Positions 52,301 to 61,000 of a DNA stretch of 62,000 nucleotides are shown one piece after another; position 1 is the stretch's first letter, and every line of letters starts with the position of its first letter. The position numbers and the translations under genes were made by a program. The notes below the pieces were generated by a model that was given only the letters and a program-made list of their open reading frames with translations, did not search any database and was not told the origin of the DNA. The stretch spans positions 82,001 to 144,000 of the forward strand of contig NZ_JMCB01000001.1 in assembly GCF_000737315.1 (NCBI RefSeq), in the 5' to 3' direction. The DNA comes from Hyalangium minutum. Lineage in GTDB: Bacteria; Myxococcota; Myxococcia; Myxococcales; Myxococcaceae.

Positions 52301-55300
52301 GCGCGTGCTGGCGGAGCTGCATGCCAGCGAGGCCGCCACGCAGGTGGAGGTCCGCTACCGCAACGGAGAGCGCCACGTGCGTGGGGTGCGGCCAGTACCA
52401 GCCCATGAGGCAGCCGCGGCGATGGGCCCCGCCTTCCGGCAAGGCGGCATCTATCTGATCACCGGGGGCCTGGGCGGCGTGGGCTACGAGCTGGCGAAGT
52501 ACCTGGCCGGGAAGTACCGGGCCCGGCTCGTGCTGACTGGACGCTCGCCGCTGGAGGACGAGCTGCGGCGGAAGCTGTCACACCTGGAGGGTCTGGGCTC
52601 GGACGCCGTCTATGTGCAGGCGGACGTCGTCTCGCGCAAGGACGTGGATCACTGCCTGGCGTACGTGAAGGCCCGCTACTCGGGGCTTCACGGCATCATC
52701 CACTGCGCGGGCCTGCTGAAGGAGGCCACGCTGGCGGACAAGCGCCAGGAGGACTTCGGGACCACCCTCGCCCCCAAGGTGCAAGGGACGCTGGTGCTCG
52801 ATCAGGCCACCCGGGCAGCACCCCTCGAGCTCTTCGTCGTCCTCTCCTCTGTCTCCACGGTGATCGGCACCTCGCTGGCCGCCGACTACGCCACGGCCAA
52901 CCGCTTCCTGGACAGCTTCGCGGCCCTGCGCGAGTCGCTGCGCCAGCGCGGCCAGCGCCAGGGCCAGACGCTGTCGATCTGCTACCCGTACTGGCGCGAT
53001 GGCGGCATGCGGATGTCGCCGGAGAAGGAGGCGCTCGTTCTCCAGGCCACGGGCATGGAGCCGCTCTCCTCCGCGCAGGGAATCCAGGCGCTGGAGACGG
53101 CGCTGGCGCTGGGCCACCAGCAGGGGTTGCCCCAGATCCTCACTGCCTTCGGGGAGCTGGAGAAGATGCAGCGGGCGCTCCAGGCAGCACCGCCGCCCCC
53201 GGCCGCCGCAGCTGCCACGCCGCCGGCCCGGCCCGCCACGCCTCCTGACGCCTCCCAAAGCGCGGCGCTCGAGGCGCGGCTCACGACGGAGCTCGTGGAG
53301 TTGGCGGTGAAGACCTTGCGCCTGCAAGGTACCGTCAACCCTCGCTCCGAGCTGTCCGGGTACGGCTTCGAGTCCATCACCATCCTCGAGTTCACTCAGG
53401 CGTTGAATGCCCGGTACGGGACAGCGCTCTCACCCGCCCTCTTCTACGAGCACCGCACCATCGAAGGCTACGTGCGCTTTCTGCTGAGCAAGCACGCCGC
53501 CACCCTCCTGGGGACCCTCCCCGAACACGCCCCCGCCCCCACTCCTGGGGTGGCCACCAGCCCCGTGCCTTCCTCTGGCCCTCGCGAAGAGCAGTCGGCC
53601 GAGACTCGCCAGGACGAGGCCATCGCCGTCGTCGGCATGGCCGGCGTCTTCCCAGGCTCGCCGGATCTGGAGACGTTCTGGAGCAACATCCAGGCGGGTA
53701 GAGATCTCGTGGGGGAGATTCCACGCGAGCGGTTCCGCTGGGAGGACTTCCACGGCGACGGCGTCCCCGAGGAGCGGCGCATCACCAGCCCCCGAGGAGG
53801 CTTCATCCAGGACGTCGACTGCTTCGATCCGCTGCTCTTCAACTTGTCGCCACTCGAGGCGGAGTTGATGGATCCTCAGCAGCGCATCTTCCTGGAGATG
53901 GTGTGGCGGACGCTGGAGGACGCCGGATACCGGCCTGAGGAGCTGTCCCGGCGGAAGACGGGCGTGTTCGTCGGCGTGTCCAACGTGGACTACCGGGACG
54001 TGCTCGCCGGTGCTGGCCGGATGTCGGAGGTCTACATTACCACGGGGCTGTCCACCTCGCTCATCCCCAACCGCGTCTCCTACCTGTTCGACTGGAGCGG
54101 GCCCAGCGAGCCGGTGGACACGGGGTGCTCGAGCTCTCTGGTAGCCCTCCACCGCGCGATGGCCGCGCTGCGCGCGGGGGACTGTGACGCGGCCGTGGTG
54201 GGTGGCATCAACCTGCTGCTCAGCCCCACGCCCTTCATCGCCTGCAGCCGGGCGGGGATGCTCTCCCCGGACGGCCGGTGCATGACGTTCGACAAGCGCG
54301 CCAACGGCTACGTGCGCGGCGAAGGGGCCGGCGCGCTGCTGCTCAAGCCGCTCTCCCGGGCGCTCGCCGATGGGGACCGCATCCACGCCGTCATCCGCGG
54401 CACCGCCATCAACCACGGCGGCCATGCTCAGGGGCTGACCGTGCCCAACCCCACGGCCCAGTCGCAGGTGCTCATCTCCGTTTACGAGAAGGCAGGGGTG
54501 GATCCCGCGACGCTCGGCTTCATCGAAGCGCACGGGACCGGCACCTCGCTGGGAGATCCCATCGAGGTCAACGGGCTTCGAAAGCTCTTCCAGCACTTCC
54601 ACGGCGACACGAGCCCCGCGGGCGCGCGCTGCGGCCTGGGCACGGTGAAGTCGAACATCGGCCACCTGGAGTCGGCGGCCGGCATCGCCGGGGTGATCAA
54701 GGTCATCCTCTCCCTGAAGCATCGCACGCTGCCCGCCAGCCTCCACTGCCAGGAACTGAACCCCTTCATTGATCTGTCGGGGAGCCCGCTCTACATCGTG
54801 CGGGAGACGCAGCCCTGGGAGGCTCGCGAGGACGCGCAGGGCCAACGCCTGCCACGCCGTGCAGGCGTGAGCTCCTTCGGCTTTGGCGGCGTGAACGCCC
54901 ATGCCTTGCTCGAGGAGTATGTCGAGGCTCCCACCTCCCCGGCCCAGGAGACCCCGCGCCTCATGGGAGGCCAGGAGCTGATTGTCCTGTCCGCCCGGAA
55001 CGCGGAGCGGCTGACCGAGTCGGCGCGGCGCCTGGCCACCTTCCTTCAGCGGGCCGAGGCCTCTGCCCCGCCCTTGGCGGATATCGCCCGAACCTTGCGC
55101 GAGGGCCGGCGTGAAATGGAGCACCGCCTGGCCATCATCGCCAGCTCGGTGGGGGAGCTGCGCGCCCGGCTGGAGGACTTCCTCGCGGGCCAGAAGCACG
55201 CGGCCCTCCTCACCGGAAAGGCCTCCTCCGAGAGCCCCTCGCTCCAGCTGATGGAGGAGAGCGAAGAGGGGCGGGCTTTCATCGCCAGCCTGGTCCGCAA

Positions 55301-58043
55301 GGGGGCAGCCGTTGAGCTCGGCAAGCTCTGGGTCCAGGGTGCCTCGCTCCCCTGGTCAGCCCTGGGCCCGGCAGGGGCCCGTCGAGTCGTGTCCCTGCCG
55401 GGGTACCCCTTCGCCCGGGTACGCTGCTGGCCTCGACAGAAGAGCCCTGCCTTGCCCGTGAGCCCTTCCCCCACGCGCCCAGCCCCTCCACCCGTGCCCC
55501 CTGTGGCAGTGGCGCCTGTGGCCGTGACGCCTGCCGCGTCGCGGGAGGCTGAGCCATCTCCCATGCCCCCCTCGCTCGCCAGCCAGCGGCCCATCACCCG
55601 CTACGCCAGCGTACGAGAGGGGCTGCGTGAGTACCTGCGTGCCGTGCTCGCCCAGGTGCTCATGGTCCCGCTCGAGGAGATCGACGCGGAGACGCCCTTC
55701 CCGAACTACGGCGTCGACTCCCTGGTGGCGATGGACATCGTGAAGCTCCTGGAGCGGGACTTCGGCTCGCTCCAGCGCAGCCTGCTCTTCGAGCACGTCT
55801 CGATCGCGCCTCTGGCGGACTTCCTCGCCACGGAGCACCGCAAGCACAGCGAGGCGCTGTTCGGCCCCAACGCCCAGCACGCACCGCTGGCGCTGGTGGT
55901 CCAGGAGGACGAAGCGCCTCTGGAGGCTCCGCCCGACTCCCTCTCCGCGCCAGAGGCCTCCCCTGCTCCCCTCGCCGTGTCAGAGGCTCCCCCGACGGCG
56001 GCTCCGGTCTATGCCGCGGCGACCCCCGTGCCTCGGGCCCCGCAACCGGGTCCCGGCCCCATGGACATCGCCATCATCGGTGTGGGCGGCGTCTTCCCGG
56101 GCTCGCGGAGCCTGAAGGACTTCTGGCGCAACCTGGAGGAGTGCCGCGATCTCATCAGCGAGGTGCCCGCCGAGCGCTTCGACTGGCGGCCTCACTTCGG
56201 TGACGCCAAGCGCGAGGCCCACAAAAGCGTCACCCGGTGGGCCGGCTTTATCGACGGCGTGGACCGGTTCGACCCGCTCTTCTTCAACATCGCTCCGCGG
56301 GAAGCAGAGCTGATGGACCCCAAGCAGCGCATCTTCCTCGAGGTGGTCTGGCATACGCTCGAGGATGCGGGCTACCGGCCCTCGCAGTTCAAGAAGTCGC
56401 GGACGGGCGTCTACGTCGGGACGACCAGCATGGACTACTACCAGGTCCTGCACGACGCGAACCTCCACGACGACGCCTACGCTCCCTCGGGGCTGGCCCC
56501 GGCAGTGCTGGCCAACCGCGTCTCCTTCCTGCTGGGCCTCCACGGCCCCAGCGAGCCCGTTGACACCGCCTGCTCCAGCTCGCTCGTGGCGCTGCACAAC
56601 GCGGTGCGCGCCATCCAGTACGGGGACTGTGATCAGGCCATCGCCGGGGGCGTCAACGTGCTGCTCACCCCAGACCTCTTCGTCGCCTTCAGCCAAGCCG
56701 GGTTCATGTCACCGGATGGCCGCTGCAAGGCCTTCTCGCGCGAGGCCAACGGCTTCGTCCGGGGAGAGGGCGCGGGGGCCGTGCTGCTCAAGCCCCTGCA
56801 CCAAGCTGTCGCGGACGGCGATCACATCTATGCCGTCATCAAAGGCTCGGGTGTCAACCATGGGGGTGAGGTGCAGTCACTCACCGTTCCGAACCCCTGG
56901 GCCCAGGCGGAGCTCATCGCCTCGGTGCTCGAGCGAGCCGGAGTCGATCCCGAGACGGTGGGCTACATCGAGACTCACGGCACCGGCACCGCGCTGGGTG
57001 ATCCCCTGGAGATCAACGGGCTGAAGCGCGCCTTCTCGCAACTGCTGAACAAGCAGGGCCGCACGCCCTCCCGCACGGGCTTCTGTGCCCTGGGTGCGAT
57101 CAAGAGCAACATGGGCCACCTGGAGGCCGCCGCGGGCATCGCCGGCCTCATCAAGGCGCTGCTGTGCATGAAGTACCGGCGGCTGCCCGGCATCGTCCAC
57201 CTGCGCGAGCCCAATCCGGACATTGATCTGCGCAACAGCCCGTTCTACCTGCTGGACCAGACCCGGCCCTGGGAGCCGCTGCGCGACGCCGAAGGCAACC
57301 CCCTGCCGCTCCGAGCCGGAATCACCTCGCTGGGGTTCGGTGGCTCCAACGCGCACGTGGTGGTCGAGGAGTATGTCCCCCCGTCCGCCGAGCACCGCCG
57401 CGCGGCGACCCCCGCCGAGCCTCAGCTCTTCGTCCTATCTGCCCAGGCCGAGGATCGGCTGCGCGAGTCCGTCGAGCAGTTGCTCTCCCATCTCACGGAC
57501 GAGGGAATCCGGGATGAGGAGCTGGCCGACGTCGCCTGGACCCTGCAGGTGGGCCGGGACGCCCTGCCCGCCCGGCTTGCCGTGGTGGCCACCCGCGCCG
57601 AGGAGCTGAAGGCCCGGCTGCGCGACTGGCTGGACGGACGCGCGGACACGCAGCACGTGCTCTCCGCGACCGTCGCCGTGAGGCGCGGGGGCAAGAAGGG
57701 CTCCACCCCGGGCAATGGCGCGGCGGCCGGCCTGGAGACGGCCCTCGCGGCCCGGGATCTGCCCGGGCTCGCCCAGCTGTGGATCTCCGGTGTGGAGCTC
57801 CCGTGGGCGTCGCTCCACCCGGCCGGTGCACGGCGGCGGGTCGCGCTGCCGGGCTACCCCTTCGCCCGCGAGCGCTACTGGGTGGAGCCGGCGCCCGCGC
57901 CCCTCCGCCTCGTTCCCCAGCCCCAAGCCGTGACCCGCCCGGAGCAGCAGCCGGATCAGAAAGTAGAGCTCCGAGAGCTGCTGCGGCAGCTCAAGCACCG
58001 GGAGCGGTCTGTCGATGAGGTCGCAAACCTGCTGAGGGGCTGA
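49329..58043 (+). CDS. trans-AT PKS 3: docking domain-ACP-KS6-KR-ACP-KS7-ACP-KS8-docking domain
   Basis: N-terminal ACP GLGS (Ser at 49596); KS6 DTAC/HGTGT/GHTE; KR HCAGLLKE with ADYATAN; ACP GFES; KS7 DTGC/HGTGT/GHL; ACP GVDS; KS8 DTAC/HGTGT/GHL; no DH in this protein. Confidence 0.95.
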   Translation: MTERIVSTNSTLQAYTREILEKFVRKELSREEALVLLRSPARPAAEPAAPAVPEEPSLAEATTRYLARQLEELGKAAAPERNFMELGLGSADLLELNTRLERDLRIDLVPTVFFDHSSVGRLADYLARTFPEQLAHALRESPSEVPSAPAPSPAPTPTPTPAPLPTATPLAHTAPSKQPRNEPSGAPGTRTGDIAIIGMAGLFPQSPDLDTFWKNLAAAKDLVEEVPRERWDVAAWYDPTQTQPNRISCKWGSFVPDVDKFDPLFFHISPREAEVMDPQVRLLLQVLYSTAEDAGCVSALRGSHTGMFVGACFRDYDDEMLRRGLPVGPHDGTGNAATMLANRPSFFFDLKGPSLTVDTACSSSLVALHLACQALRRGECDMAFAAGVNLILSPRHYLHFSAMKALSPTGHCHAFDSTADGYVPGEAVAAVLLKPLEQALRDGDPIHAVIKGTSVNHGGYTNSITAPSPAMQAELLLEAWKDAGIDPETLSYIEAHGTGTRLGDPIEVEGLKLAFARHTTKQRFCALGSAKAHLGHTEAAAGLTGLVKVVLSMNRGLIPSMPGFRELNPFIKLEGSPLYINEKPKAWLTPVGAPRRAGVSSFGFGGANAHVVLEEYVQPRPEAASETTGMPLLFPFSARDEVRLRELVERFESFLSRDAGPSLAEVAYTLQTGRATLASRLAIIASSHADLLTALKDFQARREVPLPGLVRVREDGSVLLQAEAAPGEAGLAELAGRWLRGEAVTWPAPASESLRRVSLPTSTFARERYWFEATPGVTGVEPAPAQPQLPPAGAELTWFKPEWFPSALSAPSEVPATAGAVLVFDPDGSFTQQVEAQDRLRGSARAVVRIQPGAEFRRVGPRHYELQPEHAADYERLLDALANDGLRLAGILFFWGKRSRFESPDALLEGLDDALGQGLYPLVRLIQALLPRRKDERIQLLYVYRSGGEEVIAHHEALSGLARAVTAAAPWLNFRLLGMDASGTTPELRVERVLAELHASEAATQVEVRYRNGERHVRGVRPVPAHEAAAAMGPAFRQGGIYLITGGLGGVGYELAKYLAGKYRARLVLTGRSPLEDELRRKLSHLEGLGSDAVYVQADVVSRKDVDHCLAYVKARYSGLHGIIHCAGLLKEATLADKRQEDFGTTLAPKVQGTLVLDQATRAAPLELFVVLSSVSTVIGTSLAADYATANRFLDSFAALRESLRQRGQRQGQTLSICYPYWRDGGMRMSPEKEALVLQATGMEPLSSAQGIQALETALALGHQQGLPQILTAFGELEKMQRALQAAPPPPAAAAATPPARPATPPDASQSAALEARLTTELVELAVKTLRLQGTVNPRSELSGYGFESITILEFTQALNARYGTALSPALFYEHRTIEGYVRFLLSKHAATLLGTLPEHAPAPTPGVATSPVPSSGPREEQSAETRQDEAIAVVGMAGVFPGSPDLETFWSNIQAGRDLVGEIPRERFRWEDFHGDGVPEERRITSPRGGFIQDVDCFDPLLFNLSPLEAELMDPQQRIFLEMVWRTLEDAGYRPEELSRRKTGVFVGVSNVDYRDVLAGAGRMSEVYITTGLSTSLIPNRVSYLFDWSGPSEPVDTGCSSSLVALHRAMAALRAGDCDAAVVGGINLLLSPTPFIACSRAGMLSPDGRCMTFDKRANGYVRGEGAGALLLKPLSRALADGDRIHAVIRGTAINHGGHAQGLTVPNPTAQSQVLISVYEKAGVDPATLGFIEAHGTGTSLGDPIEVNGLRKLFQHFHGDTSPAGARCGLGTVKSNIGHLESAAGIAGVIKVILSLKHRTLPASLHCQELNPFIDLSGSPLYIVRETQPWEAREDAQGQRLPRRAGVSSFGFGGVNAHALLEEYVEAPTSPAQETPRLMGGQELIVLSARNAERLTESARRLATFLQRAEASAPPLADIARTLREGRREMEHRLAIIASSVGELRARLEDFLAGQKHAALLTGKASSESPSLQLMEESEEGRAFIASLVRKGAAVELGKLWVQGASLPWSALGPAGARRVVSLPGYPFARVRCWPRQKSPALPVSPSPTRPAPPPVPPVAVAPVAVTPAASREAEPSPMPPSLASQRPITRYASVREGLREYLRAVLAQVLMVPLEEIDAETPFPNYGVDSLVAMDIVKLLERDFGSLQRSLLFEHVSIAPLADFLATEHRKHSEALFGPNAQHAPLALVVQEDEAPLEAPPDSLSAPEASPAPLAVSEAPPTAAPVYAAATPVPRAPQPGPGPMDIAIIGVGGVFPGSRSLKDFWRNLEECRDLISEVPAERFDWRPHFGDAKREAHKSVTRWAGFIDGVDRFDPLFFNIAPREAELMDPKQRIFLEVVWHTLEDAGYRPSQFKKSRTGVYVGTTSMDYYQVLHDANLHDDAYAPSGLAPAVLANRVSFLLGLHGPSEPVDTACSSSLVALHNAVRAIQYGDCDQAIAGGVNVLLTPDLFVAFSQAGFMSPDGRCKAFSREANGFVRGEGAGAVLLKPLHQAVADGDHIYAVIKGSGVNHGGEVQSLTVPNPWAQAELIASVLERAGVDPETVGYIETHGTGTALGDPLEINGLKRAFSQLLNKQGRTPSRTGFCALGAIKSNMGHLEAAAGIAGLIKALLCMKYRRLPGIVHLREPNPDIDLRNSPFYLLDQTRPWEPLRDAEGNPLPLRAGITSLGFGGSNAHVVVEEYVPPSAEHRRAATPAEPQLFVLSAQAEDRLRESVEQLLSHLTDEGIRDEELADVAWTLQVGRDALPARLAVVATRAEELKARLRDWLDGRADTQHVLSATVAVRRGGKKGSTPGNGAAAGLETALAARDLPGLAQLWISGVELPWASLHPAGARRRVALPGYPFARERYWVEPAPAPLRLVPQPQAVTRPEQQPDQKVELRELLRQLKHRERSVDEVANLLRG

Positions 58044-58083
58044 TCACGCCCCCGAACCGCCGCATGGCCCTGGAAGAGACCGG

Positions 58084-61000
58084 ATGAAGCTCGACAAGAG
58101 ACAGATCCTCCAGCAAGTGGAGAGCGGCGACCTGGAGATCGACCAGGCCGTGGAGCTGCTCGCACGCCTGGGCATCGCCCCCAAGGCCGCGCCGGCCGAG
58201 CCGCTCGGACACGTCTACTACGAGTCGCGCTGGGAGCCGGCCCCGGCTCCAGCGGAGCGCCTCGCGCCGGGGCAGCGGGTGCTGCTCGTCGGAGAGCGCG
58301 AAGCCGCCATGGACGCGCTCCGGGCGGCGCTCACCGGACACGAGGTCGTCTCCGTCCTCCCGGGGACGGGCTTCCGGAGGCTCGCGGCCGATCAATATGA
58401 GGTGGACCTGGGCAGCGAAGAGCACGGCGCAAGGCTCCTGGCCGAGCTCGCCGGGGCCGGGTTCTTCCCCACGCAGGTACTGCACCTGTGGCGAGGTGGC
58501 CCCGACGCGTCGCTGGAAGAGGCCAGCGACGCGCGAGCGTTGGAGACGGGCGTCCACGCGGCGTTCACGCTGGTGAAGGCGCTGCTCGCGCAGGCCCCCA
58601 AGCAGGAGCTCACCCTGCTGTCCGCGTGTCTGGGTCCCGGAGGCGCGCCCGCGTGCGCCGCCGTGGCGGGCTTCCTGGCCGTGGCGGAGCAGGAGAACCC
58701 GAAGCTTCGGGGCAAAACGGTCCACATGCGGGAGCCCTCCCCCACCGTGGCCGCGGAGCTCCTTCTGGCAGAGCTGCCGAGCCTGTCCGAGGCCGAGGTC
58801 CGCTACGACGCGAACGGCCGCCAGGCACGCCGCCTTGCCGAGCTGACGATCCCCGACGTGGAGACGCCCGGCCCGCTGCGGCAGGGCGGCGTGTACCTGA
58901 TCACCGGAGGCGCGGGTGGGCTCGGGTTGCTGTTCGCCCGGCACCTGGTGGCCACGGCGGGCGCCCGGCTCATCCTCACGGGGCGCAGCCAGCGACCTTC
59001 CGCGCAGCAAGAGCAGCTCTTCCGAGAGCTGGAGACGCTCGGAGGCCAGGTGGTGTACTGCCCGGCGGACGTCACCGTGCTGGCGGACATGGAGCGGGCC
59101 GTGCGGCTCGCCCGGGAGCGTTTCGGGAGGCTCGACGGGGTTCTCCACGCAGCGGGCGTCCTCGAGGACGCCTTCCTCGTCCGCAAGTCGTGGGACTCCT
59201 TCCAGCGGGTCCTGGCCCCCAAGACCCATGGCGTCCTCGCGCTCGATCACGCCACGCGAGAGGAGGCGCTTGATTTCTTCGCGCTCTTCTCTTCCACGGC
59301 GACGGTGCTGGGCCGTGCCGGCCAGGCGGACTACGCTGCGGCCAACCATTTCATGGACGAGTTCGCCGCCGCGCGAAACGCCCAGGTGGCCGAGGGCCGT
59401 AGGACGGGCCATACCGTGAGCATCGCCTGGCCGCTGTGGCAGGGCGGCGGGATGAACATCTCGGAGGCCGACCGGGAGACGATGGAGCGCATCACGGGCA
59501 TGACCGTGATGGGTGCGGAGGAGGGCTTCACGGCGTTCACCCACGCCCTGCGCAGTGGCCGCTCCCTGGTCGCTGTCCTCTACGGGCGCGGAGCCCGCAT
59601 CCGCGACTTCATCGAGCGCCGAGGCTCACGCAAGCCCGCGCCGGCTGCTCCCGCGCCTCGGGCGGGTGCCCCGCGGGACCGGGCGGAGCTGGCACGCGGC
59701 GCGGAGGAGTACCTGCTGGAGCTCATCTCGCGAGAGACGCGCCTGCCGCGCCAGCGCATCGACGTGAAGCAGGGCCTGGATGCGATCGGCCTGGACTCGA
59801 TGCTGATCAACCGGCTGAACGTGCTCCTGGAGGACCCTTTCGGTTCCCTCTCCAAGACGCTGTTCTTCGAGTACCAGAGCATCCGTGAGCTGGCGGGCTA
59901 CTTCTCCGAGCACCACACCGAGGCGCTCGCCGCGCTCCTCTCCCCCGCGTCCTCCTCCGAGGCCCCGCCTGCGGCGGAGGAGCCCACCCAGAGCCCCGAG
60001 CGATCCCCTGCCCCTGCTCCCGTGCAACAGGCCCCGGCGGCCCCGGTCACCGGGGACATCGCCATCGTCGGGCTCAGCGGCAGGTATCCGGACGCCGAGG
60101 ACCTGCAGGAGTTCTGGGAGAACCTGGCCCAGGGGCGCAACAGCGTGGGCCAGGTCCCGCGGGAGCGCTGGGATCTGTCGCGCTATCCGGGCCTGGAGCT
60201 GAACACCCGGGAGCGGCAGGGCCTCCAGTGGGGCTCCTTCCTGCGCGAGGTGGACACGTTCGACCCGCTGTTCTTCAACATCGCGCCCAGGGACGCGGAG
60301 GTGATGGATCCGCAGGAGCGCCTCTTCCTGGAGACGGCCTGGTCGGCGCTGGAGGATGCGGGCTACTCGCGGCCGGAGCTCCAGCGCACGAGCCGCGAGG
60401 GAGACGAGAGCGCGGTAGGCGTCTTCGTCGGCGTCACCTTCGGCCAGTACCAATCCATTGGCGTGGAGGAGTGGGGACACGGCAACTACATCAGCCCGGG
60501 CTCTTCCTTCTGGTCCATCGCCAACCGGCTCTCCTACGTGTTGAACGTGAACGGGCCGAGCATGCCCGTGGACACCGCGTGCTCCGCCTCGCTCACGGCG
60601 GTGCACATGGCCTGCGAGAGCCTGCGCCGGGGCGATTGCCGGGTCGCCGTCGCGGGTGGAGTGAACCTGAACATCCACCCGGCCAAGTACGTGGCCCTGG
60701 CGCGGCTCAAGTTCCTCTCCACCGAGGGCAAGTGCCGCGCCTTTGGCGATGGAGGAGATGGGTACGTGCCCGGTGAGGGCGTGGGCGCCGTGGTGCTCAA
60801 GCCGCTCGCCCAGGCGGAGGCAGATGGGGACCACATCTACGCCGTCATCAAGGGCAGCACCATCAACCACGGGGGCAAGACGAATGGCTATACCGTCCCC
60901 AACCCCAAGGCCCAGGCCAGCCTCGTCTCTCGCGCGCTGCGCACCGCGGGGGTCAACGCGCGCACCGTGGGCTACGTGGAGGCCCACGGCACGGGCACGT

